A stretch of DNA of 64,000 nt from Eukaryota sp. GEM-RC1 (lineage: Eukaryota): contig JAUFOQ010000004.1 of assembly GCA_040285855.1 (NCBI GenBank), positions 1,984,001-2,048,000 on the forward strand. The letters are read 5' to 3'. A model generated the notes under the pieces. That model was not told the origin of the DNA and searched no databases. It saw nothing but the letters and a program-made list of their open reading frames with translations. A program made the position numbers and the translations under genes. Of this stretch, positions 13,350 to 25,779 are shown piece after piece; the stretch's first letter is position 1; each line of letters begins with the position of its first letter.

Positions 13350-14886
13350 TAGGGCTCCCAATTCACCCCACCCTGGGTGATGTCACCCATCAAAGAGGAC
13401 TCGGCCTTTGTTCGCCTCTTTTTAGTCTTTTTAGGCTTCATTGAGAAAGTGAATCTCAATGAGACTCCATCAGAGGAAATTGTATAAGTCTCAAATTTCT
13501 TCTTTCTAAAAACATCATGTGGATTTTTCAATAAAACCTTTCGAGTATGCTGTGCTGTTGTGCTCTTGCACTAAACAGGTCTGGGGTGACCCGGGGTCGA
13601 TTTAGCCTTGGGGTGAGGTGACCCGGGTGATCTCTCATTTTATTGGAACATGATTTCATTCATGTGTGCTTCATGTTGTATTATTGGCTTCATTTACATA
13701 GTTGATTTTTTTAGACTCTGGGTAAATGCACCACATTATGCACCACATATTCTATTTATTTTGTAAAATGCACCACATAAATACAACCACACCACACATC
13801 ACCAGTGAACATTACCCTGATCAACACGAATGTTGAACATTGCACAATTGTGGATTACTTAAGATCCTTAAATGACAGATGTTCTTTAACCAAACAGAAT
13901 GTATCTAACATCAAGAAAAAGAGAACACAGAAGACTAAACTTACTTCGTTCCATAGTATGGTTGAGCATTTAAATGACCAAAATGACCTCATTTGTATCA
14001 ACGAATTCAAGGAATTTGTCACCTCTTACAAGGTGGTTAAAGATTGAGAACAACTGTGTAATAAGACATAACAATCTCTGCCAAGGAACCTAGACGAAGA
14101 TTACTTAAGGCAACAATTAGGTTCTCTCCCTAGCGAGCTTCCTAACATGTGCTCCCTGTTGCACGTAGACCTTGGAGAAGACTTTCTGGATCTCCCAATA
14201 AGAATCCATTTAAGTTTACTCTTAGAGATCAGTCCTCCTTTGAACTACCTGTTAGACGTACAAGAAATCAACCCAACAAGGCCAAAGACAATTGCTTGTC
14301 TTTTTGATCTATAAAGATGTTTACTGTTGCTTCTGTAAAATGAAAAATATATTATGTGGTGCAAGTTGTATTGTGTGGTGCATTTCACAAAATAAATAGA
14401 ATATGTGATGCAGAATGTGGTGCATTTACCCAGAGTCTTTTTATGATCTTTATACCACAGTCAGGTTTTTTGTGAATTGTTTGTGGAACAAAAACAGTAC
14501 TGCTAAAACAGTAAGATAAGTACATGTACAAAAACTAGAACTCAATATCATTAAATCAACATCCATTGACATTAAAACTCACATCACCGTTTTCTTCATA
14601 AAAAATACTGAGAGCTAATAGAGCTTTCGAAATCAAAATAGGAATTGTTTTAAATATGGTAAAGACAATACGATTCAACCATAACTTACAATAGACACTT
14701 CACTTATGAGAGCTCATGTTAGCTGTTTGAATAGATAAAGTATTTCGTGTTTCAAGTAATTTATTACATGTCCAGATTTCTGCTTTTTCATGGGTGAGCC
14801 GGGTAAAGCGGGTGACTTCACCCGCTTCACCCGGCTCACTCAGGGTGATTCTCAAATATTGATTGTGGGGTGAATTGGGAGCCCTA
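13350..14886. mobile_element. Non-autonomous hAT-type element containing a nested long-TIR element
   Basis: 21-bp TIR TAGGGCTCCCAATTCACCCCA / TGGGGTGAATTGGGAGCCCTA. Perfect 8-bp TSD CTTTCTAC (13342-13349, 14887-14894). GGGTGA subterminal repeats. Confidence 0.9.
13713..14438. mobile_element. Non-autonomous element with ~85-bp TIRs, probably MULE-derived
   Basis: AGACTCTGGGTAAATGCACCACAT... is inverted at 14352-14438. Internal remnant LTKQNVSNIKKK resembles the MULE/FAR1 N-terminal region. TSD is ambiguous in T-rich flanks. Confidence 0.75.
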
Positions 14887-15786
14887 CTTTCTACATGTCT
14901 CTTGGTAGTAGGTTCATTAATTGGAGATGACCGTCTGTTTAACTCATGATTAGGTGCTGTTTCTACGATCGAACCTTCGTCTGGTGAAATTACTGGACCA
15001 ACATTTCTAAATGTATAAAAATCTTCCACATTTTTAAAGACTATTTCAATGTTGTTATGTGGGACTACTTTTCTTAAGAATGATTCGTACGATCGAAGAA
15101 TCGAGAATTAAAGCACCACGAACATTTTCTTAGATGTTTTGAGTACGACACAATTCAAGTCAAATCATGACTTCTGCGTTATGCCTTCTGCCACTATTCA
15201 GTCGAATGCATTTAGTTTTCTAAACAGTTCTATTTCAGTTCTTTTTTCTGAGTGTTTATCAGGAAACCATGAAGAACTGAAGTTTTTTCCAAAAACTGTT
15301 GTACCTTCTTGTTGTAGAGTTTCGTTCTACATTGGAAGACAGAATTGGTCATGTCATGGAGAAGTTAATTGAATTGCACATTGTAGCAAGACTCTCAATC
15401 TGAAGAAATCCTAAAGGAACTCAAACATTCAAGTGTTGTTAACGTATTTGTTTAAGTCAAAACAAAGGACAAATGCACATTGTGATGACATCTGTGTCAG
15501 AACCATAGTGCAATCATTCATCATTTCATAGAAAAAGCGAGAAAACGGCGGAGGTACAAACATTGTTATCATTTGTAATGATCGAATAGGGTCGTTTATA
15601 CTGTTGCTAAACTAATTTTATTGGTTAGCAAAGCTCTACAAGTAGTGAATTCCTTCTATAAAGATGAAACTGAGATTTGTTAGTGATGGATGTTGTTGTA
15701 ATCGTATCAAATTTTAGTTTTTGCTGTCCATTACATTTATAACTACAGAATCATAATAAACATTTTTCCGGCTTAATAGTTGAAAT

Positions 15787-16021
15787 TTGTTATTTGTAAC
15801 ATCTGCTAGAAAACGACCTCGAATTGTTGCAATTTTCGACATTTTTCTGAACGAAGAGGACTTTGTAGAAGAAACGCCTCCGACAGTGCTAATTTCCATC
15901 AATGATTGTGCCATGTTTATATCAAGAATTAAAACACAAACTGTTGAGGTGAACAATGAAAATGGCCTGGAAAACATTAATTTACCTTATTTTCAAATTG
16001 AACCCAATTGAAAATATTTGG
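15787..16021 (+). mobile_element. Tc1/mariner (IS630-like DDE) transposase remnant
   Basis: VLISINDCAMF..ENINLPY, then a frameshift to KLNPIENIW, resembling the SPxLNPIExxW motif. Confidence 0.45.
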
Positions 16022-16189
16022 ATCAGTAATTTTTCAGGCACAATTGTGTATGGTTATTCCCCGAAAACCACCATAAAATTAACCAAAATTTTTTTTCTGT
16101 CATCCCACTTTATTTTCCACCATCATCTATTTAACTTCAAACATCACATCAGACAATTTATAATTTCCGAATTTAATATTTAACAATCT

Positions 16190-17688
16190 CCGTAAGACCC
16201 TGCTAGTCCCAACATCCAGTTCAAGAGAAAAGATTGCAAAGTGGTTTCTCGCGAGAGAAGAAGAGGGGAAGAATGCTGAAAAGGGGGTTACTGAGGCTGT
16301 GGAAAAATTGTTGGTCTCTAGGATGAATGTTGTAATTGAAGAAGAGCTGTATACAACCAAGGCTGACGAAGGATTGTACGAGGTACGATACAAGGGCAAA
16401 ATGATTAGAGTAAACGTAGGGGAAAGCTGTTGCGACAGCGACTGTCAATGTGGAAGATGGAAAAAGGAAGGTATCCCTTGTGTCCACGCTCTTATTGTAC
16501 TTCGTAATTTCGGATCCCTGTTATGTATTGTTAATGCCACGTCATCACTAGTTTTAGTGTCATTTGAGTTGTATAAAGATTACCTTTCCGTTTATATCTA
16601 GATATAGGCTACAGTAACGTTACTGAATATCGGAGTAAGACTTTGTACCGTCTACCGATAGCGCACTAGACACTGCGCACTCCGATATCGATACCGTATC
16701 CGATTTAGAATCCGATATCGATACCGTATCCTCACATAGAAGCAATCCAGAATATGCTCCCGAATCAAACCCGAAGCTGACCTCAGACTCCGACAATACC
16801 GACGAAGAAGAGTTTAAGAAAAAACACGACGACCTCTCTAGTAGCCAATTATCCAAAGCATTGAAGAGCTTTCTAACATAAGGAGCCGCCGTCAAACCAC
16901 CAATTCTGAAATCGCTAGGACGCAGGGGTGTAATCCATTTCCTTGAACATTTCGAACTATATGAGAACTCAACTCAAGGCCTTCCCATCACGCAATTCAT
17001 ACCAAAAAGGTTAAGACAAGTAATTGCCAATGGAAATTGAAAGCAAAGCCCCAAGAAAGGTACAACGGTACCTGGAATCCTTAGTCAAAATCACAGATCC
17101 GTATCAAGCCAAAAGTGAAATGAAACGCTGTCACCCGAACGAGTCCATAAAGAACCCACTCCACAGACTGACTGATTATTACATCAGGTTTCTGGAAGTT
17201 ATTCAACTCTGCAGTTTGTCCCATACAAGTAAAACTGTATGCAAATACTTCTTAAGGAACTTGAAACCGAAATTCATAGCCGAACAACTAGAACAAAACC
17301 TTGATCTAGGGTATCAGAAGAATCTTAAGGAGATATACAAAGATCCGTTTATATCTAGATATAGGCTACATCTCGGGGACAAAATTACTGTAGTCAAAAA
17401 AACTCCACTGAAACCTTCCTGGAGGTCTACCAAGGGAAGGTATTTGGTGTAGATGATGTAATGAAAAATGACTCTGTGCCACAGATAGAGCCTCATGTGA
17501 ACAAACCGCCTCCAGGACGTCCAGGAAGGGTAAGAGGAAGAAAAGGAGCAAAACCGACTGTTGCTTTCAAACGCTCTACTAACCAGTCAGAGAATGAAGA
17601 GTTCCGTGAAGAAAAAGAACAAAGAAGATGTAATCTTTGTAGACAAGGTGGACACAACAAAGCAACATGTCCCCAACTTCGGCGTTAG
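16190..17688 (+). mobile_element. MULE (Mutator) transposase C-terminal remnant with SWIM and zinc knuckle, split by an LTR element
   Basis: SWIM CQCGRWKKEGIPCVH (16299-16518). Removing the insert and one TSD copy restores FGSRGQNYC..EVYQGKV..PPPGRP..RRCNLCRQGGHNKATCP in frame. Confidence 0.75.
16519..17370 (+). mobile_element. Internally deleted LTR retrotransposon: short 5' LTR, decayed gag, last 27 bp of 3' LTR
   Basis: TG...CA termini. Direct repeat TCCGTTTATATCTAGATATAGGCTACA at 16587-16613 and 17344-17370. 4-bp TSD TCCC/TCTC. Confidence 0.65.
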
Positions 17689-17985
17689 CTCATTGATTGT
17701 AGTTGTAGTTGTAATATCGTACCACAAAGTGGTTTATTTCATAGAAGATATAGGTAATACTTGTGAGAAGTGAACACAAGTAGGGCGAATATGGCAAGTT
17801 TCTTGATTGACGATTAGATTGAAGTCACGTCAGATGGTGGATTTGGGCGAAGAAAAAAATGATGGCGGAAAAAGAATTTATTGATTTCATATGGTGGATT
17901 AGGGCGATGTCTGATTGTGTATAATATATGTAAAGATGTTGTAGAGAAATTCCAAGTGCATTAAATTACTTTTTAATAATCAATA

Positions 17986-18747
17986 TCGAACACTTCATTC
18001 AAGAAACAGCTTGAACTGAAGAAGACCAGAATCCAGCATCCTCCTAACGAAAAAGAGTCTTTGATTGACCTTCTCGCCGAATTTAGTGATGTATTTAGTG
18101 ACCTGCCACACCCTGATGGTATCGACTGTGACCCCATGAGGACCCCATTTGCTGCCGAATCCCGCATCGTTAGTCAACCCCGTAGAAACCTAAGCCCCGA
18201 AAAATTAGCTGTCGCCAACAAAACCAAATGATCTGACAAATAAAGGTCTTTTATATCACTAAAACGCATCATATACCTACTATAACAAAGAATTCGATGA
18301 CTTGCTCAAGAAAAACTTCGCTATCCCCAACAAAACCAAATGGTCCTCTCCCATTTGCTTGGTAACCTATGCCGACAAAGCTCCCCGAGTGACTGGCGAT
18401 TTCAGCGGCAAGAATGGTGTTAATGATCTTTCCCTTGCTTTAGATGCTGATTTACAAAATCGTTGATATTCTGCAAGTCTTGTCAAAAGCCAAGTACATA
18501 GCCACTCTTGACCTACCCAAAGTTTTCTGGCAAGTCAAACTCCACCCAGACAACGTGAAGAAAGCCTCTTTGTCCATCCCTGGTCGATCAATCTCATTTA
18601 CCCGTGCTGCTTTTGGACTGAAAAATGTCCCAGCATTCTTTCAAAATTTAATGGTCTGGTTTTTTGTCGACGAAGACATTTTTATTTTTATTGACGATAT
18701 GGTCGTGTGTTCCGAAGATTTCCCCAATCTACTCTCTAAGCTTAGGC
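17986..18747 (+). mobile_element. Ty3/Gypsy reverse transcriptase fragment (pseudogene)
   Basis: EFSDVF, WSSPICLV, ATLDLPKVFWQV, AAFGLKNVPAFFQ and FIDD motifs. Frameshifted, with a ~69-bp insertion near 18222-18290. Confidence 0.85.
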
Positions 18748-19675
18748 TATTAATTATTAATTAAGTATAATATATGTAAAGATGTTGTAAAGAAATTCCA
18801 AGTGAATTAAATTACTTTTTTCACTGAATAGAATCACTTTTGTAAGATGAAATTGATTGAAAAGGTTAAACTATTTGAACCTTTTGCACATGACAGATCA
18901 TTCGTGACGTCATCATAGTAACTCCTCGTAATATTTATTAGTACTGTATTTGTATCAGATACAGAGGACTTCACACTATTTAAAACAATTAAATTATGAT
19001 CAACTTGAGGACGATTTAGAAGAAACCAGACCACAGCTTAGTAACAATATTTTTAACAGTTACTGGACTAAAATCATTGAAAGAGGCACCTCATTTGATT
19101 TAATCAAGCAAACCAGAAACAACTCATGAAAAACAACGAGCTCTTCTTTGATTAACAAAGAGCTCATATATCACGATACCAAGGTCACTATGTGTCATTA
19201 GGGAAAACTGTCCGTTAAACTGTTAAGAAGCTATGTATTACCGTGTTACTGGTGAGGTATGGGTTGATGAAAGAATTCTTGAGGACCAATATCATCCACT
19301 TTAACCACGGCTATCCACCAAAAGAACCCTTTTCAAATCTTCAGAAAATGAGGATCATGAACTAGCTTGTGCTGTACTTGTTGGTCAAAGATAACATCGA
19401 AGTGTTGGACTCAAACGGGGAATTGCTCAACACAAGTATACTTGAGTGGTCAATAGTATAAATTCCGTGAGACCAAGATAGAATTGAAGTGAAGATCAAT
19501 CTTTAAAGATACTGTCAGACGCACAAAGAAGTCAAAAACCAATGAGTGTGGAACTGTTGGAAAAGGGGGATGATGAATGATTCTAGAGAGTTTTTAGAAG
19601 CTTCACACTTTAACAAAAGTAGGATATCATGTCCTGTTGTCCAATCAATAGGAAACCCATCGCCAAGAAATACCA

Positions 19676-20017
19676 AAGAATCCCGTGACAACATTGTATG
19701 ACCACACCTTCTGTAAGGCAAAACTTGAAGAATGACTTCTCCCCCAGGATGGATGTTCTGTCTGTAGAGCCGAAGAGGACAAGTCTAGGATGTGCCCAAA
19801 CTTCAAGTTAAAGGAAGCCCTTGAAGCTTTTGTTGCTGGTTACACTGATTCTATTTGCTTTACTTGCTTTGAGTGTGAAGAAGCTGCGACAAGTTGTTGT
19901 GGTGAATGCGATGCCGATCTATGTAACCAATGCTTAATAACTATACATTGTCTGAAACTCTTCCGATCCCATACACCAACAATACATGCAAGCAGTTCAC
20001 GAACAGTAGTAGTGTAG
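19676..20017 (+). pseudogene. RING / B-box1 pseudogene fragment, paralog of the TRIM-LRR gene
   Basis: KNPVTTLYDHTFCKAKLEE*LLPQDGCSVCRAEEDKSRMCPNFKLKEALE..CFECEEAATSCCGECDADLCNQC..LFRSH. TGA at 19733 replaces Trp. Confidence 0.8.
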
Positions 20018-20292
20018 TGGCTCTACTATCCACTAGTGAATCCACTAGTGGATCTACGTTCTTGAAGAGAATCCAGAAAGGAAAGTCCAGGATTCAAAGG
20101 ACGATATGAAAACAAATGCAGATCAAACGGAAGTGAAGACATCATTCAAGGAAATATTCCGTCAAGATTTCTAGCAAAAGAGATAAGTTGTCAAGATTCT
20201 AGTCAGCTGTCAAGAGCATATAAGTTCGTAGGAGTTGTTCAGATGGTGTCCAAAAATTTCTTCCACATAGTTTGCTCCAACTCGCAAATGGA

Positions 20293-22368
20293 ATGAACAC
20301 TACAGTTACAGAGCTACATCTATGTGGCCAGGGTATTACCACGATGTGTAATCTTACATATGACCATCAATTATCCGATCTTCCCAAGCTTTCTGTTATA
20401 CATTTCTTTGGTAATGAAATCCGCAAACTAGAATGCCTTGATCATCTCCAACATCTTATTGAGCTGAATCTCGGTTCAAATCAAATCAGAAAGCTTAGAC
20501 CAGCTCCTCTTCTAACCTCTCTACGTATATTCGACGTCTCTTGTAATAAGATGGACAACCTCGATGGAATAGAAAACTTCCCCAATCTTCGATCTCTCTT
20601 AATTGCCCATAACCGCATTTCCTCTCTCATTCCTATTGCCTCTTTTCGATTGCTCGAACACCTTGATGCTCGTAACAACAAACTCTCAAAGCTCTCCCAA
20701 CTAAGTCCTCTGGGCCTCCTCCATTCCCTTTCTTCTCTCTCACTTGTTCACTCGTCTGGGAATCCTATCACAGACGATCCTGGTTATAAGACGAAAGTTC
20801 TACAGCTGTGTAATCAGCTTAAAGAACTCGATGGGGTTTCGCTATTGAAAGAACGTGAAGATGACAATTTAACAGTATTAAGAAGAGCTTTATCTAAGAT
20901 CCAGAAAGAAAATTCTAAATTAAGAGCAAAGATTGATGTGTTGAAAACTGAGTTGAGTAGGGCTCACGGTCAGATTCATGTACACCGTCCAGTTGAGGAA
21001 GGAGCTGCAATTTCTGTATTGCGGCGACAAAATGCTGAGAAAGATACAGAAATAGAAAGGGGTTTGACTAAGAATCAGCAACTTTCGGAACAACTTTCTA
21101 TCGAAAAGGAAAAGAGAATCGAAGCAGAATCTCAAATTTCTGAGTTAAATAATCTAAATTCCACAAAAAAATCTGAAAATACTAGAATTTTGAATGAAAA
21201 CAATCAGCTAATTCAGCAAGTTTCACTGCAAAAACAGCGGACAGTTGAAGCTGAAGCTGCTATTTCTCAACTTCAAAAAGAATATTCAGAAAACGATACA
21301 AAAATCTCTACATTGACCACCCAAAATCAACTACTTTCTGAACAACTTTCAATTAAAAAAAAGAAGACAGCCAAAACTGAGTCGTCTCTCCTTCAACTTC
21401 AACAGGAAAATTTTAAAAAGTATCAGCAATTGAACGAATTTTCTAAGGAAATTCAAAAGATGTCTGAATGTCTTTTGCTTGAGCAGTATCGGATAACAGA
21501 GCTTCAATCTAGTTTTGAAGGAGAAAAACGAGAGAATATAGAGTTAAAAAAGGAGCTGAAATCTGTAAAGGCACAGTTGGGCACAAGAAAAACTGAGTTT
21601 TCTAAAATTTATCACCGTTTTGAAAAGCAGAAGTTTGAGTTGGAATCCAAATTTTCTAATATGTCTTTAAAATTGACTTCTTCGCAACAGCAATGTCAGC
21701 AGTTACAAAGTCAATTGTCTTCTCTTAAAGCGCAAAATTCAAATTCTCTTTCTGAATTAAGTGTGGCGCACTCAAATCTGGAATCCCAAAAATCCAAAAT
21801 ATTCGAATTAGAACAACTTTTGAATTATCGTGATTCTGAGATTGAAGTTACTGTAAAAGCCTATGAACACGCTGCTTCTGAAATAGCATCTTTAAAAGAA
21901 TTTATTGAAGTTGAGAATTCCTCTAAAACTGAGATTTCTTCCTTAAATGATTTATTAAAGGATCAGGAATATCAGTACAGAAATGTTCTCGCAGACAATG
22001 CAAGACTTTCTGAAGAAGTCAAGCGATACACGTCATTGTTTCAACGACTTTCTGATAAAAATTCTTCTCTACGAAGGGAAGTTTCTGAACATCAGTCACG
22101 AGTCCATGATTTAGAAAACTCGTTCACTCAAAAGAATATTGAATTAAGAAACAGTGTAAATCAGCTCAAGAGTCAGCTTTCTAATGAAGTTAGTAAGGTA
22201 AATGAATTGGAGAATGAGTTGAAATTCTCGAAACAGCAGTTGGTGGAATCTTTGAAAGCTAACGAAGAATTTTCTAGAGAGAATTCTACTTTATCAGTGA
22301 AAATTGACAAGTTACAACAAGTTGTTCAACATTTACAGTCATTGAATACAGTTTTGACCACGGAATAA
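20293..22368 (+). CDS. SDS22-type LRR + LRRcap + long coiled-coil protein (LRRCC1/centriolin-like, probably centrosomal or ciliary)
   Basis: Repeats such as LIELNLGSNQIRKL and LRSLLIAHNRISSL, LRRcap NPITDDPGYKTKVLQLCNQLKELDG, then about 500 aa of heptads. Intact ORF, first ATG 20293. Confidence 0.85.
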   Translation: MNTTVTELHLCGQGITTMCNLTYDHQLSDLPKLSVIHFFGNEIRKLECLDHLQHLIELNLGSNQIRKLRPAPLLTSLRIFDVSCNKMDNLDGIENFPNLRSLLIAHNRISSLIPIASFRLLEHLDARNNKLSKLSQLSPLGLLHSLSSLSLVHSSGNPITDDPGYKTKVLQLCNQLKELDGVSLLKEREDDNLTVLRRALSKIQKENSKLRAKIDVLKTELSRAHGQIHVHRPVEEGAAISVLRRQNAEKDTEIERGLTKNQQLSEQLSIEKEKRIEAESQISELNNLNSTKKSENTRILNENNQLIQQVSLQKQRTVEAEAAISQLQKEYSENDTKISTLTTQNQLLSEQLSIKKKKTAKTESSLLQLQQENFKKYQQLNEFSKEIQKMSECLLLEQYRITELQSSFEGEKRENIELKKELKSVKAQLGTRKTEFSKIYHRFEKQKFELESKFSNMSLKLTSSQQQCQQLQSQLSSLKAQNSNSLSELSVAHSNLESQKSKIFELEQLLNYRDSEIEVTVKAYEHAASEIASLKEFIEVENSSKTEISSLNDLLKDQEYQYRNVLADNARLSEEVKRYTSLFQRLSDKNSSLRREVSEHQSRVHDLENSFTQKNIELRNSVNQLKSQLSNEVSKVNELENELKFSKQQLVESLKANEEFSRENSTLSVKIDKLQQVVQHLQSLNTVLTTE

Positions 22369-22877
22369 AATATTATTATTACTGCCTTAATCAGATGTCT
22401 TTTCTGTTGACGAGGCTATTATGTATGATTGGAACAATGGCCTTTCAATCATAGTTGATTTCAAACAAGTAAATCATTTGGATTCATTGAAAGACAGGAA
22501 CAATAGATTGATGTCTCACTTGGACAGAATATCCAAATTTTAGGGTCGTCAAATTGAATTTGGAAAACGGAAAAAAGTATATAGATGAAATGCTCAACAG
22601 TTAATATAATGTATCGATATATAGCACTTTTTCCACATCAACACGAGAATTATCCCTATACAACTTCGAATAAATGGAACTTAAATACTTGGGAATGTTT
22701 TTATAAAGAGCAAACATAATTCTGAAAATCGATGCAGAACCATAGAAATCTTGCCCTTAGAACGACACAAAAGACTAAAATCGCTGAAAATTTTTGAACT
22801 GCTGGACCATTATTTCCAAAATCTGAAATAACAAATGGAACATGAGAAAGCTTAACCAGAACACTTTCACTGTTCAG

Positions 22878-23794
22878 TAGTGTTGGCAAATAACGTGATG
22901 CGTTATAATGTGTTGTGACGTGACGCAACGCAATGTGTGATGTAACGCAAATATTTCAGATTACTCAACGTGTGATGAAACGCAAGTATTTTTCTCGTCA
23001 CGTTGCGTCACGTCGTGACGTACTTATCTGTTTTCAATGTATCTTTTTATGCAACCATATTTGTGATGAAGAGATGAGGTATCCATCTGTCATTTGCTGT
23101 TATTCTTTCTATGCCAACGACAACTTAAAATCTGTTTATTTCTGAAACTAAATGTTGTTCTTCAACCATGAACAAAGACATAACTGTTTGAACTGGTGAT
23201 TAACCAAGTACGTTACGTTTTTTTGTCACTACAAGACCAGCTTCTGAGAAAAGTCTTTCATTGGGGATGGAAGTGCATTGAACAGGAAACCGACTCTGAT
23301 TTTGTTTCCATTAAGTCACTATGTCAATTGACTTAACGGTTCCTTCAAATACACACACAACTCATCTTCTTCATGAGTGTCGATGTCTTTCACATCCGAA
23401 TCGTCGGAAATTTTATCACGAATATCCAATGAAGATGCATCAGAGTCTGACATCTGTTCAGCATATGCATGATAAATTTGTTGTACATCCGGAAATACAG
23501 ATTCGGTGTTGAAAGTTCTAGTAGTTTTACGTTTTTTGAGTTTTGGGTTCAATAAACAAAGCAAATAGGCTGTGAAATTGCTCATATGATGTACTAGTAT
23601 GTATTGCCTCACTTTGGAGTACATGATTTCAAATATTTTCTTAAACAACGTATAATATTTTATATGTTTAAAAGAGTTTCACGTACGTCAACGTGACGCG
23701 ACGTGACGCAACGTAAGAGGTGACACGGAAATATTCTACGTTGCGTCTCGTCACGCAACAACTTGTGACGCATCGTGATCATTTGCCAACACTA
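22878..23794 (-). mobile_element. Non-autonomous hAT transposon (917 bp) with dimerisation-domain remnant
   Basis: TIR TAGTGTTGGCAAAT / ATTTGCCAACACTA. Perfect 8-bp TSD CTGTTCAG. GTGAC/CGTCAC subterminal repeats. Minus strand reads DELCVYLKEP..PVQCTSIPNERLFSEAGLVVTKKRNVL. Confidence 0.92.
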
Positions 23795-25044
23795 CTGTTC
23801 AGCCTTTTCAAGATGGCCATTTGAATCATTCAAAATGGACTCTTTGTAGACTTTTGCAAACGGGTCAACTGTGGTAAAATCAACCACAACTTGAGATGAA
23901 TCCAGGAAAGGAGCAATTAGATCACCACGCCGAGAATCAAACACATTTTATTGTTATTATAATGTTTCAGAAGAGGTTTAATTTTGCAACTATAGTTTAA
24001 CATATCTTAAGTGACACTACAAACATTTCCTGTAACTGACAGCAAGTCAAAAGGGGGCTGTAGATCTGATATTCCGGACACAAATAGAATTATTAAGCAA
24101 ATCACCAAATAGCCCTAGTCGAAGACGCATATTTTGCTTCCAAGCATCATTGTTCAAATGTAAACCTGAAGGTCTAGGTTGTTGAGTGATGGAGCTAGAA
24201 CAGATGATGTAAAACAAAAAACCGCCTTTCATTTACATTTACATTTACATTTACAATTAAAAAATATTAACAACGGAGATACTAATACATCCACATCATC
24301 TCAGCTTCATGTCCTAATTCAAAGAGACTGTTTAAAATCGAATCAATGCTTTGACGAGGAACATGTCAACCTTCTTTCCAATCACTTTCATAAAACAAAA
24401 TTCTTTCCATACTATACTGCTTACACTTTGCTGAAAGTGTGAAAATTTTTGTCCCAAAAAGCCATGTAAAGAGCAATAGCAAAATGATGGAAAACAAACG
24501 GATTGTGTCGACGAGAATTCTTTTGATAATTAATTCACTATAGAGATCTGATTTTTTCCTTTCAGCAGTTCCAAGAGCTTACTAATTTTCGTCTAAAATT
24601 TTGTTAATAGAAGATGAGTTACAAGGATCAACTGTAGTAAAGTCCATAATTAGTTCTGGAGGGGACAAACGAGAATCAATCAACTCTCCTCTTCTCTAAT
24701 CTCTCATAAATGAGTTAGACAAAGTTCTAAAAACTGATTCGATTCTCCCATGAACACTATTGGTCTTGAACAATTTTAAACATTGATCACTAAACTGTTG
24801 TAAATGATTGATCATAAATGAATAGACTTATGACAGTTGCCCACATGATTGAAAGAGGCTAAAGAAGAACCACATACACAAGTAGACTTTTGACGGAGAC
24901 CAACAAACATTTCAGCTAACATCAAGCAAATGTTGATAAGCTATTCATGATCTTTTAAGTGGAAACTATATCTTTGAGGATATCGAATTTATTTTTAAAG
25001 TGAAAGAAGTTATCATTATATCCCAGGAATTCATGTTTAGCAAG

Positions 25045-25779
25045 TTAATAACAGACTCTACTCTTGTGTAATGATTCTAATGACTTTTTTGTTTGTCTGT
25101 TGATTGAGTTCCTACATTGAAAGACCACCTTAAGAGACGACTTCACCTTTAAAGCTTCAGCAATTGCAATTGCACCTTCATTACCAATTGAGTTGTGCTC
25201 TAGATTCACACAAGAAAGAGAGGAATTCACCTTTATAGCTTCTGCAATCGCTACAGCGCCTTCAGGACCAATTAAGTTGTAACTTAGACAGATCGTAGAA
25301 ACAGAAGAATTCACCTTTAAAGTTTCAGCAATTGCAACAGCACCTTCATTCCCAATTGAGTTTTTCATTAGATTGATCCTAGAAACAGAAGAATTCACCT
25401 TTAAAGCTTCCGCAATTGCAATAGCACCTTCATTACCAATTGAGTTGGCATGTAGATAGATCCTGGAAACAGACGAATTCACCTTTAAAGCTTCAGCAAT
25501 TGCAATAGCCCCTTGAGAACCAGCTGAGGTGTAACCTAGCTCGATCATATAAACCTCATTTCCCACCATTTGATCATAACAATTCTTCAACTTAGAGCTA
25601 AGCTTACTCCAATCAATAACAAGTTTCTTTTCTTCAACTTGCTGGACAGGAGACACACTTTCAGCAGACTTGATTGGTAAAACAAAGGAATCATCTTGAG
25701 ACCCAACTGAAGCAACACTGGATTCAGAATCCACAGACAGAGAGGTCAAACGACGAGAAGCAGCGGAGTGGACTGACAA
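25045..25779 (-). CDS. LRR cassette 1 (type A, 6 modules, divergent)
   Basis: 28-aa repeats; ORF start is TTG, first in-frame ATG at MVGNEV. Confidence 0.7.
   Translation of the reverse strand: MSVHSAASRRLTSLSVDSESSVASVGSQDDSFVLPIKSAESVSPVQQVEEKKLVIDWSKLSSKLKNCYDQMVGNEVYMIELGYTSAGSQGAIAIAEALKVNSSVSRIYLHANSIGNEGAIAIAEALKVNSSVSRINLMKNSIGNEGAVAIAETLKVNSSVSTICLSYNLIGPEGAVAIAEAIKVNSSLSCVNLEHNSIGNEGAIAIAEALKVKSSLKVVFQCRNSINRQTKKSLESLHKSRVCY

Noticed and set aside
16057..17905. Degenerate inverted repeats that might be the MULE ends
   Set aside because: Low identity in AT-rich sequence and no TSD found.
17986..18747. RT near hypervariable repeats suggesting a diversity-generating retroelement
   Set aside because: The RT motifs are Ty3/Gypsy type and broken, and I see no template repeat with adenines at all variable sites.
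19733..19735. TGA at a conserved Trp, hinting at a non-standard genetic code
   Set aside because: Single instance in an otherwise decayed pseudogene; intact ORFs use TGG.
24230..24256. (TTTACA)4 repeat and the surrounding 87-aa ORF
   Set aside because: Simple microsatellite with no evidence of coding or telomeric function.
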